A stretch of 44,557 nt of DNA from a virus (lineage: Duplodnaviria; Caudoviricetes): positions 1 to 44,557 of the IMG/VR virus record IMGVR_UViG_3300026085_000002, one strand, 5' to 3'. The position numbers and the translations under genes were made by a program. Each line of letters begins with the position of its first letter. Positions within the stretch are counted from its first letter, which is position 1. Of the stretch, positions 1-9,987 are shown piece after piece. A model generated the notes under the pieces. It did not search any database, had not been told where the DNA came from, and saw nothing but the letters and a program-made list of their open reading frames with translations.

Positions 1-755
1 ACCTGTTCAAGAGAAGTAATGGCGTGGGTCAACTTATTGATTTCCTCAATTTGTTGATTGTCCCACGCCTTACTCTTGATTTCCAAGTTGTCGATTGACT
101 CCTGGACTTTCTGATTAGCAGTTTGAACCGACTTAATTCTGGCATCTTCTGCCGTAATTTCGTCTCGAACAATTTTAGTTTGTTCTTTAAGAACTTCTGC
201 TTTTTCAGAGAGGATGGTGATACCCAATAGTTGTTCAATAATTTCTCTTTGAGAGTTATTGTTCAACGATAAGAAAGGCTCTGTGTAGGTATTGAGTGCC
301 ACCAGATGCTTGAACATAGTATGACTCATTCCAAGCAAACTGTTTATTTCCTCTTGTGTCTTACGACTATCGCCCTGCGATTCGTCAATATCATCCGCAG
401 TTGCATCCACATCTTCAATGTAGAATTTTAAAATATTCTTTTTACGTCCTCTTTCGATTCTGTATGTTTTTCCGTCTTTTTCAAACTCAACGGTAACCAA
501 CATATCCTTGCCGTTGGTTTTATTAATTAGATTTTCACGTCTAATTCTTGTTAGTGCTTCACCGTATAGTGCATATGACAATGCATTAATAATGGTTGTT
601 TTACCCGTACCATTACGTGATCCTGCATCATCACCACCTAAATCCATATTTTCACCTAATACCAACGTTAGGTGATCTCTGTCAAAGTCCACTGCCTGTG
701 TTGAATTACCAACGCTCATAAAGTTTTTGACTGTAATAGTTTTAATTTTAAACAT
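1..755 (-). CDS. T4 gp46-like recombination nuclease ATPase subunit (SbcC/Rad50 family); 3' end runs off the window
   Basis: Not in the ORF track (no stop in the window). Translated by hand from ATG at 755: MFKIKTITVKNFMSVGN...LVLGEN...SRNGTGKTTIINALSYALYG. This has the SbcC N-terminal KNF motif and a Walker A with an insertion. TAATG overlap with the upstream gp47-like gene. Confidence 0.93.
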   Translation of the reverse strand, partial: MFKIKTITVKNFMSVGNSTQAVDFDRDHLTLVLGENMDLGGDDAGSRNGTGKTTIINALSYALYGEALTRIRRENLINKTNGKDMLVTVEFEKDGKTYRIERGRKKNILKFYIEDVDATADDIDESQGDSRKTQEEINSLLGMSHTMFKHLVALNTYTEPFLSLNNNSQREIIEQLLGITILSEKAEVLKEQTKIVRDEITAEDARIKSVQTANQKVQESIDNLEIKSKAWDNQQIEEINKLTHAITSLEQ

Positions 756-1777
756 TATAAGTTCCTATATATGTCAAGCAGTAGATTATTTTCAAAGTTT
801 TCACTTTCTATTTTTGTAATTTGATCAGTTACAATTTGATCAACACTTTCAAATTCCACTTCACCTTGATCTTTTGATAATTCATCAGATACTTCGGTAT
901 CAGGTAGTAAACTAATTTCACGTAAATTGTACTGTGTTGTAAATGTTTCTTTCATAAATGTTGCTTCTTCATAGGAAACATCAATATCTAGTACAACTCT
1001 AAGATATAAATTTGGAACGCTTAGAATCTTTTCAGTATCATTAAGCAGTGTGCTTAATTTAAGTGTTCGATATTTAGGACAGTCTGGCCAATCTATAAAT
1101 CTAGGTTGCCCACCCCATTCTAAAACCATCATACCACGTTCATCATCCCACGCATCTGCGTAGTTGTGTGGAAATGCATTGCCAATATACCAAATATTCT
1201 TGCTGTTTTGTCTTTTATGGAAGTGTCCTGTAAACACCAATTCTTGATTTTGAAAATCACTGGCTCTTACTTCACCGGTATCAGGCATTTCTACCATAGC
1301 GTTCATTTTAAAGTGTGGTAATTCAAAGTGTCCAAACATATATTTGCACTTCATCTTAACAACCTTTTTCCATTCTTCGCCAACCAACCAAGGAACAAGT
1401 GCAACATCATCCACAATCATAGGTTCGTTTACAACAGTAATACCTGGAACGTGTTTACCAAACACAACAGAATGAATTTCACGTTTGTCTTTGTAATATA
1501 AGTCGTGGTTGCCTGGAAAGAAATAAAACTTTTCAAAGGCCGCACCGAGTTTTTCAAGCGATCTTAAACTAGCATCCATTGTGGTTAGATTCAACGCACT
1601 TCTGTTGTGATGCCAATCGCCTGTAAAAATACCTACTTCACACCCTTCCGCTTTTGCTTGTTCAATATACCAATCAATAAAACGTTCACAATCGTCGTTG
1701 TGAATTTTACTGTTTGATTTTAAACCAAAGTGTATGTCTGTAAATACCGCCGCTTTTTTAAATAACTGTTCTGCCAT
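755..1777 (-). CDS. T4 gp47-like recombination nuclease subunit (Mre11/SbcD metallophosphoesterase)
   Basis: Motifs DIHFG, GDWHH, GNHD, GHFE and GHFH; coupled to the gp46-like gene. Confidence 0.95.
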   Translation of the reverse strand: MAEQLFKKAAVFTDIHFGLKSNSKIHNDDCERFIDWYIEQAKAEGCEVGIFTGDWHHNRSALNLTTMDASLRSLEKLGAAFEKFYFFPGNHDLYYKDKREIHSVVFGKHVPGITVVNEPMIVDDVALVPWLVGEEWKKVVKMKCKYMFGHFELPHFKMNAMVEMPDTGEVRASDFQNQELVFTGHFHKRQNSKNIWYIGNAFPHNYADAWDDERGMMVLEWGGQPRFIDWPDCPKYRTLKLSTLLNDTEKILSVPNLYLRVVLDIDVSYEEATFMKETFTTQYNLREISLLPDTEVSDELSKDQGEVEFESVDQIVTDQITKIESENFENNLLLDIYRNL

Positions 1778-1797
1778 TCATAATCCTACAATTAGTA

Positions 1798-1827
1798 ATT
1801 GTACACTCGAAAGAATATAAAAGTCAA
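1798..1827 (-). promoter_or_regulatory. sigma70-like promoter upstream of gp47/gp46
   Basis: TTGACT (1827-1822), 18 nt, TACAAT (1803-1798), then AGGA before ATG 1777. Confidence 0.6.
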
Positions 1828-1829
1828 CC

Positions 1830-2684
1830 TTAATAGTCTGCTTTTGGACGTCTTAGTCCTTTGTAAAACTCTGCTAACTTTTCTTTATCCTCTTTAAACA
1901 CATTTTCATTCTGTCTGGTAAAGGAAGGATTTAATCCGTTTTCTTGCAAAATGTCATCACGTATGCTTTGATTTTTCTTTTCAATGTTTAACACCCTTGT
2001 AAATGAATTTGTCACCGCCGCCGTGTAATAAGCGAAAGGATTTTCACTCTTGCTTTCATCAAATTGTAAACCAATCTGTGAAAGTTGTAGCACAGCCTGT
2101 GCCCTCATTTCATCATTGTAGGTGTATCCACGCCAGTTAGAACGTGTGCCGTATCTATCCGCAAGTTTAAGAAACATCATTCCTAGGTTTTCTGTGATGC
2201 GTCCGTGATTTTTGCTAAAATGTCCGTTATGCACACCACCTTTCCAGTGACTTTTACCAACGCAAATTAAATTGTTTGCTTCATCGTACTTCCAATGCTG
2301 ATAAGGTGGAAAGTTAACCTTGGTATGCTTGTCTGCTTCTGTCTTGGTTTTGCGTTTGCGTCCTGGTTCTTCCGGAATATGATCAAATGTCATAACCCTA
2401 AAGATTAAATCTCCCGGAGCAACCTTTCTCCAATCCGGTGTTACTTCCGCTAGTTTTGTCTTTTTATCGCCGTTTTCACGTGCTTGTTCATATGCCGCTT
2501 TACCAATGCGATCTGCACGGTTTCTTTTGGCCTGTGCAACCGTTAATCTGTTAATCTTGTCAACACTTGGAACAATTATGTCGTATTGTGCATAATCATC
2601 ATCAGCATACGAGCAGAAACTGTTTTTTGACCGTGCTATTTCTTTAAGCAGGTCTCTGTTGTTCAAATATTTTACTCTTTTCAT
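1830..2684 (-). CDS. T4 gp55-like sigma factor for late transcription
   Basis: YLNNRDLL...NWRGYTYNDEM...FDESKSENPFAYYT...F.R...EKK matches the gp55 pattern, and the gene sits next to gp47/46. Start moved to ATG 2684 because GGAG lies 6 nt upstream. Confidence 0.88.
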   Translation of the reverse strand: MKRVKYLNNRDLLKEIARSKNSFCSYADDDYAQYDIIVPSVDKINRLTVAQAKRNRADRIGKAAYEQARENGDKKTKLAEVTPDWRKVAPGDLIFRVMTFDHIPEEPGRKRKTKTEADKHTKVNFPPYQHWKYDEANNLICVGKSHWKGGVHNGHFSKNHGRITENLGMMFLKLADRYGTRSNWRGYTYNDEMRAQAVLQLSQIGLQFDESKSENPFAYYTAAVTNSFTRVLNIEKKNQSIRDDILQENGLNPSFTRQNENVFKEDKEKLAEFYKGLRRPKADY

Positions 2685-2707
2685 AGTTTTCTCCAAGTAT
2701 AAGTACT

Positions 2708-2736
2708 ATTATAATATACGCAGTTTAAAATTGCAA
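2708..2736 (-). promoter_or_regulatory. sigma70-like promoter for the gp55-like gene
   Basis: TTGCAA (2736-2731), 17 nt, TATAAT (2713-2708). Confidence 0.65.
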
Positions 2737-2742
2737 TAAATA
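2735..2742 (+). promoter_or_regulatory. T4-like late promoter (AATAAATA) at the head of the structural operon
   Basis: TAAATA core, as in T4 TATAAATA, upstream of the AAGGA RBS and ATG 2776. Confidence 0.7.
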
Positions 2743-2775
2743 TTTGTAAGTAATTTTACCAAAAGGAATTTTAAT

Positions 2776-3591
2776 ATGGCTGATACATTTCCAACAAACC
2801 ATAACCAAAAGATTGCCACAGAACGTGCTTCGTCACAAAACGGTGGTACTTTTGTAAGCAATGGTGTTGATGGTCTTAAAACGCTAGGGCAAGGTATTGC
2901 CGGAGCGGCCCTTGATGCAACCGGATTAGCACCGGCCCTGGAACGATTGGGTGTTCTTAAACCCGGCGGAGTCGAAGAAGAGAAACGCACTCCAACTGTA
3001 TCATTTAAAGAAGATTTTAGAGTCAAAATCAAAATTCCAACAATGTATTTGCAAGGGCCTGCAACTGAACTGCAAAAAGTGGGCGATTTTGGAGTTGTAT
3101 TTCCATATACACCACAGATAGTTTTACAGACTAGAGCAAATTACAATAGTTTACAACCTACACACAGTAATTATCCCTTCTACGCTTACCAGAACTCACA
3201 ACTGGATGCAATTTCAATCGTGGGAACGTTTTCAGCACAAAATGAAGGACAAGCAAAATATGTAATGGGGTGCATTCACGCAATGAGAACGGTTACAAAG
3301 ATGCACTTCGGTGGATCCAGTTTCCAAGGTGCTCCACCGCCTGTTTGTAGATTGCACGGTTACGGTGAATACGTGTTTAATAATATGCCAATTGTTATAT
3401 CAAGTTTCTTCTACACTATGAACGAAGATGTTGATTACATTGCCGTTGATATTGACGGAGCAAGTACATTGGTTCCAACACGTTCAGAATTTACAATTGA
3501 GTGTTTACCAGCATTTTCAAGAAGAGATGCGGCAACATTTTCAATCGATGCGTTTGCATCTGGTCAGTTAAGATCAAAAGGTATGATATAA
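2776..3591 (+). CDS. Tail-tube initiator-like baseplate protein (gp48/gp54 or CIS tube-initiator fold, putative)
   Basis: FPYTPQI...GAPPPVCRLHGYGEYVFNNMPIVISSF pattern; first gene of the baseplate cluster, ahead of a gp53-like gene. Confidence 0.6.
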   Translation: MADTFPTNHNQKIATERASSQNGGTFVSNGVDGLKTLGQGIAGAALDATGLAPALERLGVLKPGGVEEEKRTPTVSFKEDFRVKIKIPTMYLQGPATELQKVGDFGVVFPYTPQIVLQTRANYNSLQPTHSNYPFYAYQNSQLDAISIVGTFSAQNEGQAKYVMGCIHAMRTVTKMHFGGSSFQGAPPPVCRLHGYGEYVFNNMPIVISSFFYTMNEDVDYIAVDIDGASTLVPTRSEFTIECLPAFSRRDAATFSIDAFASGQLRSKGMI

Positions 3592-3592
3592 T

Positions 3593-3895
3593 ATGGCACA
3601 ATATTCAAAATACAGTTTGTATAACAGAACTCCTCAGGGCAGTAGCAGTTTAGGAATTTTAAATTATACACCAATTCCAAAAGTTGACAGTGATGTTGAA
3701 TACACGGTGTTGGCACAGTACACATATCGTCCTGATTTGTTAGCAAGTGACTTGTACAATGATCCTGAATTGTTCTGGGTTTTCAAGTCAAGAAATCCTA
3801 GCGTAATTGATGATCCTATTTTTGATTTTGTACCAGGAATAACAATTAAGATTCCAACTATTAATACAATTCAGCGTGTTCTTGGAGGAGTATAA
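3593..3895 (+). CDS. gp53-like / LysM-fold baseplate wedge protein
   Basis: RPDLLASDLYNDPELFWVF...N...DP...PG..IKIP matches the gp53/LysM-like signature. Confidence 0.8.
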   Translation: MAQYSKYSLYNRTPQGSSSLGILNYTPIPKVDSDVEYTVLAQYTYRPDLLASDLYNDPELFWVFKSRNPSVIDDPIFDFVPGITIKIPTINTIQRVLGGV

Positions 3896-6800
3896 TGCCA
3901 TCCGCTAGAGACCTTGCTCAAAGATCTACAAAAGCAAATGCTAACGCATCCGCGGTTAGCACCGCTAATAAAAATTTAGCCGCGGGTGCTAAAGGCGTAG
4001 CCGCCGGTGGCGGCAGTATCGCGGCCGCTGGAAGTATGACCAGCATACCGGAGAACATTGATGTTATTAGTATTCCTGGTGTTGATTATAGTGACTTTGG
4101 TGCCGACTTTGCAACACAATTAAATGATTTAAGTTTTAAGGTGTTAGGCAAAGACAGTAGTATCCTACACAATTATAATTCTTACAATTACAACATCACA
4201 TTATCATCATTAAGTGCCAAAGAAGCAAATGATCCTAAGAGTTACATCGACAAAGTAATTTTTGATTCTGGCATTGGTGGTTCGATTGAATATCCTGGAA
4301 CTTATATTGTTGCTCGCAGTGGTGGTTATGGTAGAATAGAATTAAATCCAACAGGCGGGTTTAATGACGGAGGACCGACTAATAAAGAAGATTCAATGAA
4401 CAAGGATAAGGATTTGTTTATTGATAATTTACAGTTCCAAACTGTAATGGCGGGTGTTGGCGGAGCCTATGGCGGTAATATGACCAAGGGTAGTTTTGAA
4501 ATTACGGAGCCGCACGGTGTAGGCGGATTTTATGAAGAACTTTATAATGCCGCAAACTACAAAGGACACGACAGTTATTTGTCAGCACCGTTTTTAATGA
4601 CGATTAGTTTTATTGGAAGAAAAGTTGATAATAAAACAGGAGAAAATATAGTCGAAACTGTTCCTAAAGCAACACGATATTTTCCAATCATAATTCAAAA
4701 CAGCACAATGAAGGTTGATGAAAAAGGTGCGAGATATAGTGTAAACTTTGTTGCTAGATCTCATATGGAATCAAACAAATCCATATACACACAGTTGGTT
4801 GATAATTTAGAAGGTGCTGATGCAAATATTTTAAATGTGGGCATCGCGGCATATGATTTATTTTTAAAACACAATCTAGCATTTGAAAATCATATGAAAA
4901 ATCAGGAGAACACCGCCGCAACAAGTTTTGATAAACCAAAAGAAGTTGACGCCGCCACAAAAGCAAAGCGTGATGCTGATCAAGCCTCGGCAAAAAATGC
5001 TGGTATGACCGTTGCGGCTTTTCAACCTCACAGATGGTGTATTTGGTTTCCACCTGCATACTCTAAGGTGGGCGGTGATCCTACAATGCCTCAGAGTGAC
5101 GTTACCACAAATCAAAGTTTAATGGGCACTTCGGGTAGTAAAATTTTTGTTAGATCGCAAACAGATGCTTTTAAACTTCAAGAATTAAGTTATGATGTAT
5201 GGTCTCAGAAAAAATCAGATTTTCAAAAAACACAAGAAGAATCATATCTTAGAGATGCAGATGTAAACACACTAGGATCGGTAAACAGATTTCAAAATGC
5301 TTTTTCTCAATCTAAACTAAGAGAAGAAGGCTTTGGTTATACAGGTCACTTTAAGGTTCCTGAAATCGAAACAGCAGTACAAGGTAACAAAGAAGAAATT
5401 GAGAAACTTGTAAAAGATATACAAACTAGTCAAAAGAAAATTGCCGATACCAAAGAAAAAATTGCGAAGAAAAAGAAGGAAGCAGAAGACTACGCTAAAG
5501 AAACTGATACAAAATCAACCTATGAAAGCGGCGGCCTATTTCAAACACAAACATTCTCGGGTGGTGATCGTCCGGGAGATCAAGCGATTTACAAATATGA
5601 ATATTATTCACACGGGTTTGATCCTGCGGCTTTTGAAGATCAGCAAGAATTTCAAAATGCGATGTTCTTGGAAGACATTGATGATCTCAAAAACGCGATT
5701 GAAACAACAAAGAAAAAAATTCTAGCACTTAAATCAGAACTATCAATTCAAACAATAATTCTTAACAACGAGGAATCTAAAGATGATGCAACAGATGATG
5801 ATGAAAGTTTCGAAGCCATTGAACGTCAAAGGGTCAGCGTTGAAGAATTAAAACAAGACATTGAAAGTTGGACTGGAGTATTAAGAGACCAACAGAAAAA
5901 CCTAGAAGAGTTATTACAAAAAAAGAAACAAATTGAGGAAGACGCTGTTGAAGATGTCGATCCAGTACCAAGCGATATTAAAACAAAACTTGACGGATAC
6001 GTTAAAGATTTAAACAAATTATCACAGGAACTTGGTAGAGAACAAGCGGCATTAGATCTCAAGAAAAAACAATTAGAAAGTGCCAAGGGCAGTTATGACA
6101 GTAACAGAATGAAAGAATACAAACGTTACGGTAAAGACAGAACACCTTGGTATTACAAAAAAGGATCAACACTAGAATCCAATCTACATCAAATTATTTT
6201 AGACAGCAAATATTCCACGGAACTTGCTGAAGGACAGGTGTTTGATAAGATACAATTAACAAAATATATCCCTTGGTACAGGATTGAAAAATTTATCAAG
6301 CAAATTGGCTATGATACTTTCTTCCACGCACCTGTTTATGAGTTTCATTACATTGTTTCTCCGTTTGAAATACATTACAGCAAACTAGCCGCACAGTACG
6401 GTATGCAAGGTGAATATGATTATGATAAAGCATATAAAAATGCTGTACGTGAATACAATTACATCTTTACAGGTAAAAACGTTGATGTAATGAACTTTAA
6501 TCTAGACTTCAACAATACTTTTATGCAGGTTGGTGCAAAAACCAAGAGTGCTATATCAAAAGGTGAAGTTGCGAAAACCTCAGAGGAAAAGAAAGAAGTT
6601 AATAAAAACACAGCAGGTTTAAAATCATTATTTGATAAACTAAACAAGGTTGGAACGACCCAGGCGGGTGCGTTAACACAGGCCTCGGGGTCAACAGGCG
6701 GCGCTGGTGGTGATACGTCTAATCTAACGCTAATTGGAAAACAGTTACACGATGCATTGTACAACACTCCGGGTGAACGTGCTTTGATTAATGCCAAAAT

Positions 6801-7557
6801 GGAAATTATTGGTGATCCGGTTTATTTAATAAGCAGTGGTATTGACGATAGAGCACAACTTCGTGATGAAAAAGAAACTGTAAATGGTGAAGCAAATATA
6901 TTTTCTAGAGAATGTGATGTTATTTTTAACTTTAGATTTCCGGGCGATTATCCAACAAGCGATGAACTAAATGGTGGATCAAAGTATGTTGCTAATCCAC
7001 AGAATTCAAGATACAGTGGTTTATATAAAGTAACATTGGTAGAAAACCTTTTTAATGAAGGAGTTTTTCAACAGTCACTTCAACTGGTAAGAAGACCTAA
7101 TCAAAAATCAGATTACGCACAACCTGTTGGATCAAAAGGACCAGAATTAAAATCAGAGAAAAATCCAATGCTGTCATCGGGTGATCCTGCACAGCAAGAT
7201 AAGATGAAAGAAAAGCCACAACCAGAATTGCCTAAGGATGCTTCTAAATTAAGCAGTGCAGAACTAGACAAGGTATCAGAGATTGGTCCAGTTAAAGCAA
7301 CGGGCAATTTTATATCAGGAGCGGTTGACGGAGTTACAGGTGCAGTGGGAGAAGTTGCTTCTGCAGTCGGAGGTGCCGTAAACTTTGTTGGCACAACAAT
7401 TGGTGATATTGTAGGCGGAGTCACGGGAGCGGTATCAGGTCAAGCAAACAAGGTAACTAGTTTAACAGGAAAGGCTTCCGGTGCCACAGATGCTTTGGCA
7501 TCAGCACAGTCGGTTGAAAAAACAGTTAAGAAAACAGGGAATACATTTAGTACTTAG
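3895..7557 (+). CDS. Baseplate hub-like protein (gp27/gpD-like) with a large coiled-coil insertion
   Basis: Lies between the gp53-like and spike genes. C-terminal MEIIGDP...YSGLYKVTLVENLFNEGVFQQSLQLVR is typical of hub proteins. Central segment is E/K-rich with heptad character. Confidence 0.65.
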   Translation: MPSARDLAQRSTKANANASAVSTANKNLAAGAKGVAAGGGSIAAAGSMTSIPENIDVISIPGVDYSDFGADFATQLNDLSFKVLGKDSSILHNYNSYNYNITLSSLSAKEANDPKSYIDKVIFDSGIGGSIEYPGTYIVARSGGYGRIELNPTGGFNDGGPTNKEDSMNKDKDLFIDNLQFQTVMAGVGGAYGGNMTKGSFEITEPHGVGGFYEELYNAANYKGHDSYLSAPFLMTISFIGRKVDNKTGENIVETVPKATRYFPIIIQNSTMKVDEKGARYSVNFVARSHMESNKSIYTQLVDNLEGADANILNVGIAAYDLFLKHNLAFENHMKNQENTAATSFDKPKEVDAATKAKRDADQASAKNAGMTVAAFQPHRWCIWFPPAYSKVGGDPTMPQSDVTTNQSLMGTSGSKIFVRSQTDAFKLQELSYDVWSQKKSDFQKTQEESYLRDADVNTLGSVNRFQNAFSQSKLREEGFGYTGHFKVPEIETAVQGNKEEIEKLVKDIQTSQKKIADTKEKIAKKKKEAEDYAKETDTKSTYESGGLFQTQTFSGGDRPGDQAIYKYEYYSHGFDPAAFEDQQEFQNAMFLEDIDDLKNAIETTKKKILALKSELSIQTIILNNEESKDDATDDDESFEAIERQRVSVEELKQDIESWTGVLRDQQKNLEELLQKKKQIEEDAVEDVDPVPSDIKTKLDGYVKDLNKLSQELGREQAALDLKKKQLESAKGSYDSNRMKEYKRYGKDRTPWYYKKGSTLESNLHQIILDSKYSTELAEGQVFDKIQLTKYIPWYRIEKFIKQIGYDTFFHAPVYEFHYIVSPFEIHYSKLAAQYGMQGEYDYDKAYKNAVREYNYIFTGKNVDVMNFNLDFNNTFMQVGAKTKSAISKGEVAKTSEEKKEVNKNTAGLKSLFDKLNKVGTTQAGALTQASGSTGGAGGDTSNLTLIGKQLHDALYNTPGERALINAKMEIIGDPVYLISSGIDDRAQLRDEKETVNGEANIFSRECDVIFNFRFPGDYPTSDELNGGSKYVANPQNSRYSGLYKVTLVENLFNEGVFQQSLQLVRRPNQKSDYAQPVGSKGPELKSEKNPMLSSGDPAQQDKMKEKPQPELPKDASKLSSAELDKVSEIGPVKATGNFISGAVDGVTGAVGEVASAVGGAVNFVGTTIGDIVGGVTGAVSGQANKVTSLTGKASGATDALASAQSVEKTVKKTGNTFST

Positions 7558-7559
7558 AT

Positions 7560-9506
7560 ATGCCATACTTATACGATAAAAGAGCCAAAGCCAACGTACC
7601 TATCAGTAATACTAGACAGGAAAAAATTGCCGCGGAAGGAGTTAAAGGTCCGTATATTGGTGTTGTAGAAAACAACACTGACTTTATGAAATTAGGCAGT
7701 GTTCGTGTAACACTTTATGGTAATGGCGACAGTGATAGAGATAAACCGTTAGCACAATGTTCTGTTAGAATGTTATATCCTTTTTATAGTGTTAAGGATT
7801 ATAGAAATTCAGGTGACAACCCTCAACGTTTTGGTGATACACAACAAGCCTATGGTATGGTGTTTCCTGCACCACAAATAGGAACAAAAGGTTTGGTTAT
7901 TACAGTTAATGACAATATGAGTCAAGGTTACTGGATAGGATTTTTACACGAGCCTGAAATGAATCACGCTATTCCAGAATATGCGGCAAGTACATCAATA
8001 GCAACAGATTCACAAACTTTAAATAGTTTTAGTACAACAGGTGCATTGCCTGTTGGTGAATATCTTAAAAAACAAAACGTAGGGCAAGTTACAGATGGTA
8101 ACGAAAGAAGACCTATTCACCCATTTGCAGGAATTTTAAGAAATCAAGGATTGATTGTTGATACTGTTAGAGGTACAAGCACAACAAGTATGCAACGTGA
8201 TCCTATTAATAGAATATTTGGTATTAATACTCCTGGTGCAGTTAGCCAAGCACCAGAAGATGTAAAGTTAGTTGGACCTAACAAACAAAAACAAAAAGTT
8301 ACATTTATCGGCGGCCACGTTTTTTATATGGATGACGGAGATAATGTTGGCGATAATAATTTAGTAAGATTGCGTTCTAGCAAAGGTCATCAAATACTTT
8401 TACACGACACAGAAGATTTAATTTACATCGGAAATTCAAGAGGTACTGCTTGGATTGAATTAACATCAGATGGAAAAATTGATATATTTGCAGATGATAG
8501 TGTTAGCATTCATACAAAAAATGATTTTAACTTTTTAGCAGACAGAGATGTTAACATTGAAGCAAAGCGTAATATTAATTTCAAGTCTGGTAATAGAACA
8601 CACAGCGAAGCAAACTTCCAAAGAGTTCTTGCAAGAAAGAATGGCACAATTGAAGTTAGAGGTGGATTAGATGTACGTGCTTTAGATACAACATTTGATT
8701 TAACAAATTTAAATGTTAATTCGCACAACACAATTATTACCAATAGAATGGATTACAAAATGAAAACAGCAAACTTAGATTTGCAATCCACAGTTGGTAC
8801 AAGAATTACAGCAACAGAACAAATAGATATCAAAGCAAACTCACCTAGTGGATTTGTTGCAAACTACAAAGATGGCAGAGTTTATTATCCAGGTATGATG
8901 GTATTAGCACCGGATCCAAACGACGATAATATTATTAAAACGTTTTTGTGTAAACAGCGTAACATTAAAAATCCTGGTAAAGAAGTTATTGCTCCACCTG
9001 ATGAAAACTATTGGGTAATTGTTCCTAGTGCAACTTCTTATGTAGAGGAGCAGGAAGAGTTTAAGAGATATGATGTTAGACTATCAAGTGACGGTCCACA
9101 AATAGGACAAATTCACGCTAAAACTAACGGACAGATTTTTGTTCAAACACTAGCAGATATTAATGTTAAGACAGAATCAGATATGCACTTTACAACACCG
9201 TCTATAATTTATATTGATGGTGAAGAAAAAGTTCATTTAAATTTACCTGGACCAGGAGCCAGCGATGCAACTACTTCTATTGTAAGCAAAGTTGCAACAG
9301 CAAGAACAGGTTTAGCAACACAAGATTTACCTGTTTTTGGTAATCCTAATACAGATGCTACAAACGAGTGGTCAGCATACACTTGGTATGAAGCACCTCT
9401 AACTTATGATATTATGAAACGTGTTCCAACACACGAACCTTGGGTTAATCACGAAAACATTAATACTCCTGATTCGGAAAAACAAGCAACGGATAGAGAG
9501 AAGTAA
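7560..9506 (+). CDS. gp5/VgrG-like baseplate central spike, no lysozyme domain seen
   Basis: OB-fold start GPYIGVVENNTD...GSVRV; RSSKGHQILLHD...WIELTSDGKIDI; short periodic beta-helix repeats; followed by gp25. Confidence 0.85.
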   Translation: MPYLYDKRAKANVPISNTRQEKIAAEGVKGPYIGVVENNTDFMKLGSVRVTLYGNGDSDRDKPLAQCSVRMLYPFYSVKDYRNSGDNPQRFGDTQQAYGMVFPAPQIGTKGLVITVNDNMSQGYWIGFLHEPEMNHAIPEYAASTSIATDSQTLNSFSTTGALPVGEYLKKQNVGQVTDGNERRPIHPFAGILRNQGLIVDTVRGTSTTSMQRDPINRIFGINTPGAVSQAPEDVKLVGPNKQKQKVTFIGGHVFYMDDGDNVGDNNLVRLRSSKGHQILLHDTEDLIYIGNSRGTAWIELTSDGKIDIFADDSVSIHTKNDFNFLADRDVNIEAKRNINFKSGNRTHSEANFQRVLARKNGTIEVRGGLDVRALDTTFDLTNLNVNSHNTIITNRMDYKMKTANLDLQSTVGTRITATEQIDIKANSPSGFVANYKDGRVYYPGMMVLAPDPNDDNIIKTFLCKQRNIKNPGKEVIAPPDENYWVIVPSATSYVEEQEEFKRYDVRLSSDGPQIGQIHAKTNGQIFVQTLADINVKTESDMHFTTPSIIYIDGEEKVHLNLPGPGASDATTSIVSKVATARTGLATQDLPVFGNPNTDATNEWSAYTWYEAPLTYDIMKRVPTHEPWVNHENINTPDSEKQATDREK

Positions 9507-9509
9507 ATA
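9504..9509 (+). promoter_or_regulatory. Late promoter core TAAATA, 5 nt before ATG 9515
   Basis: GTAAATAgtactATG; same geometry as 9977 and 35237. Confidence 0.6.
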
Positions 9510-9514
9510 GTACT

Positions 9515-9955
9515 ATGCCAAGATATAACGATATTACAATTAGACCAAATCCTAATAATAAAGGTAATGCAGAGCGTACTTCACAGGTATATCGTGGCAT
9601 TAGCACGGTCAATCCTGATAACAGAAATTACAGCACATATGATATTAACTTAATCAAGCAGGATATCATTAATCATTTTCATATTAGGAAGGGTGAAAAA
9701 ATTAACAATGCTGATTTTGGCACTATAATTTGGAACATTTTATATGATCCACTTACAGATAACGTCAAAGAAGCAGTAGCCAAGGACGTAACGGATATTT
9801 TGAACAACGATCCTAGGGTTACATTAGACGGAGTGCAGTTAATAGAACAGGAGTATGGTTTACAAATTGTAGCCAGTGTAACGTATAAGAATTATAACAT
9901 TAGCGAAACGCTAAGACTTAATTTTGATCGTGACAATGGATTTTCAGCAAATTAA
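9515..9955 (+). CDS. gp25-like baseplate wedge / sheath-initiator protein
   Basis: DINLIKQDIINHFHIRKGEKINNADFGTIIWNILYDP...DPRV is the gp25/GPW signature. Confidence 0.92.
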   Translation: MPRYNDITIRPNPNNKGNAERTSQVYRGISTVNPDNRNYSTYDINLIKQDIINHFHIRKGEKINNADFGTIIWNILYDPLTDNVKEAVAKDVTDILNNDPRVTLDGVQLIEQEYGLQIVASVTYKNYNISETLRLNFDRDNGFSAN

Positions 9956-9976
9956 CCACGCACTTTATTTTTTAGG

Positions 9977-9982
9977 TAAATA
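9977..9982 (+). promoter_or_regulatory. Late promoter core TAAATA, 5 nt before ATG 9988
   Basis: GGTAAATAttaatATG. Confidence 0.65.
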
Positions 9983-9987
9983 TTAAT

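Noticed and set aside
29-238. 69-aa minus-strand ORF in the track
   Set aside because: Out-of-frame shadow within the gp46-like gene.
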